A stretch of 29,442 nt of DNA from a virus (IMGVR_UViG_3300017540_000016:1-29442); one strand, 5' to 3'; positions 16,192-23,754 are shown, counted from the first letter of the stretch. Numbers and translations: made by a program. The notes: generated by a model from the letters alone, not told the origin.

Positions 16192-17758
16192 AAAGACTAA
16201 AATCAAAGCGGTTGAACATAGGGTTGCTAATGTGGAGCCTATGAAGGCATCCAATGTTGATAAGGTCAATATCGAAGATTTCACCAGAGATGCTCTAAAG
16301 GAATATGGTTCTTACGTAGTTGAAGACCGAGCTATTCCCGATTACCGAGACGGTTTGAAACCCTCTCATAGAGCATTGATCTGGGCCTTAGAAGGTATTA
16401 ACCTTCGACCGCATTCAAAACACAAGAAGGCTGCACGAGTAGTAGGTGACGCCATGGGTAAGTTTCACCCCCATGGTGACTCAGGACTTTCTACCGCAAT
16501 GGAAACCTTGGTCAATACAATCCCACCGGCGATTGATGGTCAAGGCAATTGGGGTACACCAATCAACATGGCAGCAGCTACTCGGTATACAGAAGCCAAG
16601 ATGAGCAAGTTTACCCACTTGTTCCTTTTGGATAAAGAATACCTACAGGTTGTACCGAAGGTTCCAAACTATTCTGGTGACGAAACCTGGCCAGTCTATC
16701 TACCTGCGTTACTACCTTACATTCTATTCAACGGTGGTACACCTCCACCTGCATATGGTGTGAAGGCAGGCAATCCCAGTTTCAGTTTTGAATCTGTAGC
16801 TGAGATTGTGCAAGCAATGTTGAAAGGTGAAAAGTATGATGCAAAGAAACTAAGCAAAACATTAAAACTTCAGCACAACTTTGGATGCGAACCGATCATA
16901 TCCGGTTCAGAGTACAAAGCTTTCCTATCAACAGGCCGGGGTTCTATTAAATACCAAGGTTTGGTAAATGCTGATGCTAAGAAAAAGGTAATTCACGTTA
17001 CCACATTTGTACCAAATGGTTTCGCTAGCACCAATGGTATCGAAAAGACCCTTGTCAACATTGCAGAAACCAAAGGGGTAAAACGAGCCTTTTCTAAACA
17101 AGGTAAGAAATCCCCAGGCAGCGGACCTTACGGTGCTTTGTATGTCATTGAATGCCAGAAGTCTCTTAAAGATTCTGAATTTCAAAAGATTGTTGAGCGT
17201 GTCAAGACTCAGGTAACTAATTCAGTACCGTACCGCCTTGGTGTAACCATTAGAGCCAAAACCAAGGCAACTGAATTTAAATACCTGAATTTTGTTCAGT
17301 TCTTCCAAGCTTGGGTCAATTATCGAATCAAGTTAGAAATTCGATTGATCGAACACTTGATCAAGAGAGTAGAACGAGAACTCTACGTTAATAGGGTTTA
17401 CCTATTTGCAGTAGAGCACATGAAGGAAATCCTAAAGGTCTTGCCTAAGGTTTTAGTAAGCGATGACCCGAACAAGGCTTTGAGTAAGGCCCTAAAAATT
17501 CCACTAGAGGATGCTACAATCATCCTAGACCGAAAGGTACGGCAGCTAGCAAAACTGGAAGCCCAAGCCTTGAAGGACAAAATTAAGGAGCTAGAGAGTG
17601 AACTAAAGACACTGAAATCGGATCTCAAGAAACCAGGTGAACGGGCTGCACGGGACACTGAGCAGCGCGTTAAGGCTTATCTCAAGGCGCCTGACTCTAC
17701 GAATTCAGGCATATCCGTTGCTGTTGTAAAAAAGCAACAGTCGAAAAAGACCAAGTAA
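16163..17758 (+). CDS. gyrA: Type IIA topoisomerase subunit A (GyrA/ParC-like) without C-terminal beta-pinwheel
   Basis: RAIPDYRDGLKP, KKAARVVG, HPHGDS and the catalytic AAATRYTE; ends shortly after the C-gate coiled coil (531 aa). Confidence 0.93.
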   Translation: MMKMKKTKAKKTKIKAVEHRVANVEPMKASNVDKVNIEDFTRDALKEYGSYVVEDRAIPDYRDGLKPSHRALIWALEGINLRPHSKHKKAARVVGDAMGKFHPHGDSGLSTAMETLVNTIPPAIDGQGNWGTPINMAAATRYTEAKMSKFTHLFLLDKEYLQVVPKVPNYSGDETWPVYLPALLPYILFNGGTPPPAYGVKAGNPSFSFESVAEIVQAMLKGEKYDAKKLSKTLKLQHNFGCEPIISGSEYKAFLSTGRGSIKYQGLVNADAKKKVIHVTTFVPNGFASTNGIEKTLVNIAETKGVKRAFSKQGKKSPGSGPYGALYVIECQKSLKDSEFQKIVERVKTQVTNSVPYRLGVTIRAKTKATEFKYLNFVQFFQAWVNYRIKLEIRLIEHLIKRVERELYVNRVYLFAVEHMKEILKVLPKVLVSDDPNKALSKALKIPLEDATIILDRKVRQLAKLEAQALKDKIKELESELKTLKSDLKKPGERAARDTEQRVKAYLKAPDSTNSGISVAVVKKQQSKKTK

Positions 17759-17773
17759 TTTTTGTGTTATACT
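17721..17773 (+). promoter_or_regulatory. TGTTG-N8-CAACA palindrome (copy 3) plus extended -10
   Basis: CTGTTG-taaaaaag-CAACAG at 17721-17740 within the gyrA 3' end; TGtTATACT at 17765-17773. Confidence 0.5.
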
Positions 17774-17795
17774 GTTAATGCGCAAAGCTGCGATT

Positions 17796-17815
17796 TTGAA
17801 AAATCGTAAATACCG
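17796..17815 (+). promoter_or_regulatory. Putative phage promoter, 20-bp element containing TCGTAAATA (copy B)
   Basis: Identical to 12215-12234. Confidence 0.7.
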
Positions 17816-17897
17816 CATGCTGCAATTTCATTTCGTTCACCCGAACGAAAACTAACCACGCGATAAACTCGCAAATCCCTTTCCAAGGAAACACACA

Positions 17898-18314
17898 ATG
17901 AGCAACATCATTAAACAAGTCGCCGAAGTAACCAAGACTGCCAAAGCCCTCGAAAAGGAACTGAAGAAGGCCAACGCCCGTGCCGACAAGGCTGAAAAGA
18001 AGCTAGCCAAGCTCGAAGCCAAGGCTGAAGGCAAGTCTGCAAAGGGCAAGAAGGCTAAGGCTGAAAAGCCTGCCAAGGGCAAGAAGGGTGCTGGTAAGGC
18101 AGCAAAGGCTGAGAAGACCGAAAAGGCCGCAAAGGGCAAGAAGGCCAAAGCCGAAAAGGTAACGAAGGCTGCGAAGCCAGCTAAGGGCGACAAGAAAGCC
18201 AAGGCTGCTAAGAAGGGTGCTGACAAGGCAACCAAGCAAGCTGCCAAGGGCAAGGCTGAAAAGAAGGCCAAGAAGTCGAAGTCGGATGACGATGATTCGT
18301 TCACGCTAGGCTAA
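17898..18314 (+). CDS. Histone H1-like Lys/Ala-rich protein
   Basis: N-terminal coiled coil, AKGKKAKAEK repeats, acidic-hydrophobic tip SDDDDSFTLG; AAGGA RBS. Confidence 0.85.
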   Translation: MSNIIKQVAEVTKTAKALEKELKKANARADKAEKKLAKLEAKAEGKSAKGKKAKAEKPAKGKKGAGKAAKAEKTEKAAKGKKAKAEKVTKAAKPAKGDKKAKAAKKGADKATKQAAKGKAEKKAKKSKSDDDDSFTLG

Positions 18315-18321
18315 TCAATAT

Positions 18322-18363
18322 GAGGGTGGTGGCTAAAATGTCACCACCCTCGTTTGCATTTTT
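18322..18363 (+). terminator. Intrinsic terminator
   Basis: GAGGGTGGTGGC-taaaat-GTCACCACCCTC followed by a T-rich tail. Confidence 0.75.
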
Positions 18364-18377
18364 AAGAGGACTCCGTA

Positions 18378-19346
18378 ATGAGCAAACGTGAAATTTCTAA
18401 TTTTGATAAACTTCAATCCAAGATGGGGCTTGCAGCAAAAAACCTGTCACAGATGAGCAAGCTATCAGATTACGGCATTAGCGCTGCCAGCGAAGACAAG
18501 TTTCTGGCAGCAAACCGTTCCAAGGTAGAAGAGTCCCTTACCAAGCTCCGAAAAACCCGTGCTTTTGTTGAAGCTGTAGTTACCAAAGTTGGTACTCTAC
18601 CATTGCTTAAAAACAAACACGAACGCATGATTGTTTTATCGAATGTTTCCAAAAAGTTGGAAGCTGCTCGTACGCAACCGTTGCCTACATCTGTACGTAA
18701 ACCATTCAACATTTTTTGCAATGAGATTCAATCTTTGAAAGACGGGATCTTTGCTGAGGTAGTTGACAAGCGGGAAATGACAGTCCTGAATGGTCAAGAG
18801 CTAATTGCTACCATCGACAAGTCCATTAGTCGGCAAGAAGCCCGTTTGAATCAAGCCGATGTAACCGCAGCCTCTAACCAGGCTGAGGAAGAAGCTTTTC
18901 AACATGCAGCAGAGGTTATCAAAAAGAACCAAAAGGAAGCACAGCGTCTTGATTCAATCAAAGGCAAAGAATTCGTGGTTTCACGGGTGCCTATTGTTGC
19001 TATGACCAAGCATCCTATGTCGGTGCAAAAGCTACAACACTCAGGTATCAAAGCTGAATTGGTTAGCGGCTATGTAATGATCAATAACCAATTGGTACTA
19101 GGTTTGAATAAAGAGGCTTTGGAACAACCTACTTCAAAACGCAAACTTAAGCCAGAACAGGCTGCACAAGAATTGCTAAAAAGCATTGCTGCTTCAATGC
19201 AACAGAAGCTCCAATTTGTCACTATGGATCCCTATCCTTATAAAGGTGCCCTGTGGTATTGGATTGGTACTGAATACGATGTTAATGCTTTGATGAAAGC
19301 AGCCGGAGGCCGCCTGGTTATGAATCGTTGGGGCTTTGCTTTTTAA
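18378..19346 (+). CDS. Hypothetical protein (helical N-half, alpha/beta C-domain)
   Basis: GAGGA RBS, 322 aa. Confidence 0.75.
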   Translation: MSKREISNFDKLQSKMGLAAKNLSQMSKLSDYGISAASEDKFLAANRSKVEESLTKLRKTRAFVEAVVTKVGTLPLLKNKHERMIVLSNVSKKLEAARTQPLPTSVRKPFNIFCNEIQSLKDGIFAEVVDKREMTVLNGQELIATIDKSISRQEARLNQADVTAASNQAEEEAFQHAAEVIKKNQKEAQRLDSIKGKEFVVSRVPIVAMTKHPMSVQKLQHSGIKAELVSGYVMINNQLVLGLNKEALEQPTSKRKLKPEQAAQELLKSIAASMQQKLQFVTMDPYPYKGALWYWIGTEYDVNALMKAAGGRLVMNRWGFAF

Positions 19347-19356
19347 AGGTGGTGCT

Positions 19357-19884
19357 ATGATTCTCAACCATTTATTTGTAGTACCGACCGATGAAACGCT
19401 AAAGTACCTCGGTGATATGATGGCTGCTACTCCAATCCATGGTTTGGACTTGAATAATTTGCGCGTGTCAATCATGATCACAGCAGATGAAATAGAAGCC
19501 GAGCCGGAAAAGGTTTATACCGCACATGCTGGTTCTATCATGCTGCAACGGGACGCCGAAGTCGAAGGTACTTCGATGATTCTACCGTTGGTGAGTGAAG
19601 ACCTGTTTAACGCCAATAAGGAATTGCAGGCTGCTGGCGTACAACCTGCATTCTTTGAAGGTTGGTATGTACCACACATGAAGTTTATTTCAGCCTTACC
19701 TCCGATGCGTCGGTATATTAAGGCTTGGATCAATTCAATCAGTACCACCTTATATACGCAAGGTGCTACATTGACATTCACTGGAGAGCAAGTTTTAAAG
19801 GAAGACTTTGTAGCAATTCCTGATTATTATTTTATGGTAGAAACCATGCGGCAAGCCGGGATTAATACTCAGTTCATGCTATGA
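19357..19884 (+). CDS. 2H-phosphoesterase-fold protein resembling T4 57B/Acb1, with degenerate catalytic motifs
   Basis: TDETLKYL...NNLRVSIM...SMILPLVSEDL...GVQPAF...YVPHMKF parallels the 57B layout as I recall it; HxT motifs read RVS and HMK. Confidence 0.55.
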   Translation: MILNHLFVVPTDETLKYLGDMMAATPIHGLDLNNLRVSIMITADEIEAEPEKVYTAHAGSIMLQRDAEVEGTSMILPLVSEDLFNANKELQAAGVQPAFFEGWYVPHMKFISALPPMRRYIKAWINSISTTLYTQGATLTFTGEQVLKEDFVAIPDYYFMVETMRQAGINTQFML

Positions 19885-20348
19885 TTTTCAAAACCATCAC
19901 GCTACCACATTGTTGGGTGTGTGGTGATAGATTTAATGACTTACCTGCAAGCCCAGGTACAGCAATGCGTGAGGAACACCACGTAATACCAAGGGCGGCA
20001 GGTGGTACAGACGGCCCAACAGTTAGTCTCTGTGAGACACACCATCAAATGCTACATAAAGTGGCTATGGGTAAAGATGCAAAACGTTATTTGTTCCACC
20101 CATTGATTCAAGCATTACCAAATCGGGAACAACAAAACAAAGTTGTATACCTAGCCACTGTAGTACACAATGCCTTCAAAGCTACTAAGGATGATCCTAA
20201 CAAGCAACGCAAGGTTATAGTAACAGTAGATCAAGAACTATCTACGCAACTTCAACAATTAAACACTATCTATAAAAAAGGCAACGAGGCATTATTGAAA
20301 TATGCCTTAGCTGAACTCTACAAACGCCATTTTCTAAAGAGGCAATAG
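19881..20348 (+). CDS. HNH endonuclease with C-terminal RHH-like segment
   Basis: CWVCG...EEHHVIPRAAGG...LCETHHQMLH; C-terminal VIVTVDQELSTQL...EALLKYALAELY. Confidence 0.8.
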   Translation: MIFKTITLPHCWVCGDRFNDLPASPGTAMREEHHVIPRAAGGTDGPTVSLCETHHQMLHKVAMGKDAKRYLFHPLIQALPNREQQNKVVYLATVVHNAFKATKDDPNKQRKVIVTVDQELSTQLQQLNTIYKKGNEALLKYALAELYKRHFLKRQ

Positions 20349-21065
20349 ATGCAAGATCACGAAGTAGTGGACACTCCTGCAATTAAGGCCAAGAAAGATG
20401 CCCCGCGCTGCGGGGAGTGCCTCCACTATAAGAATCAGCCCTTGCGAGGAAACAAGGTTGTCTGCTCAAAGATTGGTATTCGGAGCTTTGCTGAAGCTCC
20501 TAAATGTTATACGCCCGACGTTACTAAACTTTGTGGTAACTCGGATCAATTCGTTCAATTGGCAGCTTTGGTTTCTTCTTATTCGCCTTCAGAGCGGCGT
20601 ATTGTTGCTTCGCTGCTGAAACAACGTTCTGGCACTCTCAAGTTTGGCCAGAAGCTTTATTTCAAGGCTTTGGGTGGAGACTATCTATCGAATTACCTTT
20701 CGGGATTTTTCTTGTGCTATACGCGAAGCAAAGAAATTGTTCTGTGTGGTGATTCAGATAAACGCAAACGCGGTCATATGGTCACCGCGATTTTTGATGA
20801 TTCAACCTCACTGCTGACTTCCAAGGAATGGAAGATCAAACAAAAGGAGTTGATTGAAAAGAATCGGATTGAAGATCCGAAACAACCTCTGCGTAAATTT
20901 AAGGCAGCCCAATCTAAGGAAGTACAGGCTCTACAAAATTATGTACCGCCTACTTTGGATACTGCACCTGCAGATTGGCATGATAAGACTACAAAAGATA
21001 GAAGCAAAAAAGGTTCAAAGAAAAAAGCCGATTTGACTTCTTTTGTGGTCAAGAAGGCTCGGTGA
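20349..21065 (+). CDS. Cys-rich putative Zn-binding basic protein
   Basis: CGECLHY...VCS...KCY and a Lys-rich tail. Confidence 0.7.
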   Translation: MQDHEVVDTPAIKAKKDAPRCGECLHYKNQPLRGNKVVCSKIGIRSFAEAPKCYTPDVTKLCGNSDQFVQLAALVSSYSPSERRIVASLLKQRSGTLKFGQKLYFKALGGDYLSNYLSGFFLCYTRSKEIVLCGDSDKRKRGHMVTAIFDDSTSLLTSKEWKIKQKELIEKNRIEDPKQPLRKFKAAQSKEVQALQNYVPPTLDTAPADWHDKTTKDRSKKGSKKKADLTSFVVKKAR

Positions 21066-21341
21066 ATGGCATACGATCCTAGACAAGATACAATGGAATT
21101 CCTCCAACATGTAAGGAAGTTGGAGGCTTCCCAACAACAGAAATACATAACGCCTGCTCAGGCAGGCTTCCCCGCAGTATCTAGAACTCAGGCTCAAAGA
21201 ACAGGGCCGCTTATTGTCGTAGAACGTCGCAAGATCGGCGAATCTGATTGGCAACCTTTCCACTCTACCCATAGCAGTAAAGACGCAAATAAAATCCTTC
21301 AAACTGAATCTGACGTATTCGAGTATAGGCTACGAGAATGA
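21066..21341 (+). CDS. Hypothetical protein
   Basis: Abuts the previous stop and has an ATGA overlap with the next gene. Confidence 0.65.
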   Translation: MAYDPRQDTMEFLQHVRKLEASQQQKYITPAQAGFPAVSRTQAQRTGPLIVVERRKIGESDWQPFHSTHSSKDANKILQTESDVFEYRLRE

Positions 21342-22264
21342 AGTTATATGAGCGTTTGGATATCTCTAAACAAGAATTGATATCCAGCTTCAATTACCTA
21401 TTCAGGTTAATTGACATTAAAACGTTTAAGGCCCAGGTGAAGGACGGCTTTAACGTTAAGAAGCGCATAGACAAGAGCGGTTACATGCTAAAGAACTGCA
21501 AACTCTATGCGTATGCCTGGCATTGCTACAAACGAGGTTTGGTTGTTAAGCCCAATGCAGATAGGTTTGAAATCAATGCTTGCGACGTTCCCCTGCTTCG
21601 CAAATTGGACTTATCCAAGATACCTACCCAATATCAACCTTTTGATCTTAGGGAGTTTGACGCCTATTTAACAGAATTTCTAACCTCTGACGATTTGAGT
21701 TCAGTCTTGGGAAAATTCATTTCCAAGAAGATGATATTTCTAATCAACTCCTACAACCAAACACGCGAAAGCCTAACCTCGCAAATGACGGAAGCGGCAA
21801 TATATAACATTTACCGCTGTTATCCGTATTACGAATCATACCTGCACTTTTGCAATATTGGGAAAGGAGCGGCCGAGAAATATGGTCATTCGCTGATTAA
21901 GCACTATACCTCAAAGAAGAATCAGGTTCTAAGGAAAAATGCAGATGGTACTCATGAATCCGTAGTTGTTCCTTTGGACGCAGTTGTTCATATGCTTGCA
22001 CAACCTCAGGAAGACAAACAATCCATCAAGGATGTTCTTGAAGGTATAAAGCTTAAACCTAGGGTACAACTATTCTTTTCTTTGATGGCTGGAGAATACC
22101 ACGAGGGCTTTTCAGAATTTCTTGGGGAGAATAATTCTGACTTAGCTGACAGGATAAATTACGCGCAATATCAAGCCAAGGTACAAAAGTATATCGGCGT
22201 TACTCGCTCACAGGTCAACCGTCTTTTGGAACGATTGAGGAATCGAATCAATGGCATTTCGTAA
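21338..22264 (+). CDS. Putative divergent sigma70-family sigma factor
   Basis: Region-2-like helices (KFISKKM...TRESLTSQMTEAAIYNIYRCYP...HFCNIG...SLIKHY), VVPLDA, and a region-4-like HTH (VQKYIGVTRSQVNRLLERLRNRI). Confidence 0.5.
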   Translation: MKLYERLDISKQELISSFNYLFRLIDIKTFKAQVKDGFNVKKRIDKSGYMLKNCKLYAYAWHCYKRGLVVKPNADRFEINACDVPLLRKLDLSKIPTQYQPFDLREFDAYLTEFLTSDDLSSVLGKFISKKMIFLINSYNQTRESLTSQMTEAAIYNIYRCYPYYESYLHFCNIGKGAAEKYGHSLIKHYTSKKNQVLRKNADGTHESVVVPLDAVVHMLAQPQEDKQSIKDVLEGIKLKPRVQLFFSLMAGEYHEGFSEFLGENNSDLADRINYAQYQAKVQKYIGVTRSQVNRLLERLRNRINGIS

Positions 22265-22661
22265 TTGTAGTGGCGGCATTGTTCTTCGAGAAAAGAAAGG
22301 GGAACTTCAAGTATTGCTCGTAAAATCTATGCGTGGCAAAAAATGGACCTTACCGAAGGGAGGGGTTGAGGCACACCTAACGCCCGAATCTAATGCAGTA
22401 AAGGAAGTGTTTGAAGAAGCCGGGGTTCTTGCAGAAATTAACTACCACTTAGGTAGGTACGAGTACACAAAGAACGATACCTTGCAGATGGTTCAGGTTT
22501 TCTTGATGCGATCACTTATCCAAGTAGATAAATATCCTGAATGCAAGATTCGTAAACGCAAATGGGTACCTGCAGAAACAGCGTATTCTATTCTGAACAA
22601 AAACGTGGCTAAATTGTTACAAAAAGCGGTTTTGTACTATAAAAACCCAGGCATGTTTTGA
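22251..22661 (+). CDS. Nudix hydrolase (Ap4A/DIPP-like)
   Basis: SGGIV, VLLV, WTLPKGGVEAHLTPESNAVKEVFEEAGV, RKRKW. Confidence 0.9.
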   Translation: MAFRNCSGGIVLREKKGELQVLLVKSMRGKKWTLPKGGVEAHLTPESNAVKEVFEEAGVLAEINYHLGRYEYTKNDTLQMVQVFLMRSLIQVDKYPECKIRKRKWVPAETAYSILNKNVAKLLQKAVLYYKNPGMF

Positions 22662-22688
22662 CGCTGGCGCACGGCTGCTTAAGGCATG

Positions 22689-22730
22689 GGGTTCCGTTGG
22701 TGTTGCAAAAATACAACACTTACGGAGCCC
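22689..22730. repeat. Inverted repeat with TGTTG-N8-CAACA core, copy 2
   Basis: GGGTTCCGT-tg-GTGTTG-caaaaata-CAACAC-tt-ACGGAGCCC; 22 bp identical to 2684-2705. Confidence 0.9.
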
Positions 22731-22759
22731 TTGTTGCAAAGCTAAATTTCTGCTATAAT
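22731..22759 (+). promoter_or_regulatory. sigma70-type early promoter
   Basis: TTGTTG, 17-bp spacer containing TG, TATAAT (22754-22759); heads the second small-gene block. Confidence 0.75.
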
Positions 22760-22802
22760 ATTTATACACCCTGAACCCTCAATCGAATAGGAACCTTCGA
22801 TC

Positions 22803-22967
22803 ATGACTAAAGTATCGCCCGCACAGACCCAGAATAAGTACCTGGTAGAAGTCGTAGACGGACTGGGACACACGTACTATGAAGTTATCTTCGCTGAAAG
22901 CAAAGCAGATGCGCGAAACATTGCCGAAGCGGATTCACAAGTTGTTTCTATTAAGCAGGTAAAATAA
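22803..22967 (+). CDS. Small early protein (54 aa, below the ORF-track cutoff)
   Basis: MTKVSPAQTQNKYLVEVVDGLGHTYYEVIFAESKADARNIAEADSQVVSIKQVK; AGGA upstream; its stop overlaps the next RBS. Confidence 0.65.
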   Translation: MTKVSPAQTQNKYLVEVVDGLGHTYYEVIFAESKADARNIAEADSQVVSIKQVK

Positions 22968-22976
22968 GGAACAACC

Positions 22977-23459
22977 ATGAAACGCTACCAATCGAAACTT
23001 ACGCTCGCCGGTACCAAGATGATTATCGCGGGGCTGACGCAGCAGATCAAACAAGAGCCGAAGGCGAAGGTCGAACTGAAAGTATCCGAGCAAATGCTCA
23101 AACAACAAGTAGATATTCCCGAAGCAAAACTTCGCCGACAACTTTTGAAAATGTTCAAACAGTCGGCAAAGATGTACAATGCATCCCACAAAGGTATCAT
23201 GGTCGAGATTCGCCATAATCATGTTGAAGTCGCAAATGTGATTATGTCAGCGGCGCGTGAATCTTTACTGTCCAAAGAATGGAAAGGTATACGCAAGCAG
23301 AGTGACACTGCTGAGTTGTGCCGCATTGCAGATGCCATGGATACTGTGAAGGCTTATGTCCTGTACCCTGAGTTGAAATGCAAGCATTGCAAGAAGGTAG
23401 CAGATAAACGCAGCCTTCTTGCATTTGATGGTATTTGTGGTCGGCAATCTTGCCACTAA
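22977..23459 (+). CDS. Hypothetical protein with C-terminal Zn-finger-like motif
   Basis: CKHC...ICGRQSCH; TAAGGA RBS. Confidence 0.65.
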   Translation: MKRYQSKLTLAGTKMIIAGLTQQIKQEPKAKVELKVSEQMLKQQVDIPEAKLRRQLLKMFKQSAKMYNASHKGIMVEIRHNHVEVANVIMSAARESLLSKEWKGIRKQSDTAELCRIADAMDTVKAYVLYPELKCKHCKKVADKRSLLAFDGICGRQSCH

Positions 23460-23472
23460 AAGGAAGATGAAG

Positions 23473-23745
23473 ATGGAAATTACCAAAGTTGAGTTCACAG
23501 TTGACGCAGGCAAATATCTTCCCTGGGAAGATCAGATCGAACGTAACTATAAGTACTGCGATACCTTCGACACCTTTGCAGAAGCAAAAGCAGCCGCAGA
23601 TACATGCAAGGATTATGATTTCGTAGACTTCGAGATGCGCCAATACTGGAACGAGGGTGCAGAAAAATTCTGCCTTGCAATTTGCATGTTCACTGGTGCG
23701 CAGCAAAAGGCCCAATTGATCAATAGCGTTTGGACTCACATTTAA
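23473..23745 (+). CDS. Hypothetical protein
   Basis: AAGGA RBS before ATG 23467/23473. Confidence 0.6.
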   Translation: MEITKVEFTVDAGKYLPWEDQIERNYKYCDTFDTFAEAKAAADTCKDYDFVDFEMRQYWNEGAEKFCLAICMFTGAQQKAQLINSVWTHI

Positions 23746-23754
23746 AGGACTAAA

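Noticed and set aside
14182-17758. Intein or intron in the topoisomerase genes
   Set aside because: Motif spacing and lengths are continuous, with no splice-junction motifs or large insertions.
17852-18304. Hydrophobic minus-strand ORFs opposite the K/A-rich genes (also 11003-11338, 12150-12548, 12290-12535)
   Set aside because: Antisense of AAG/GCT codons gives Leu/Phe/Ala runs; there is no independent coding evidence and all supported genes are on the + strand.
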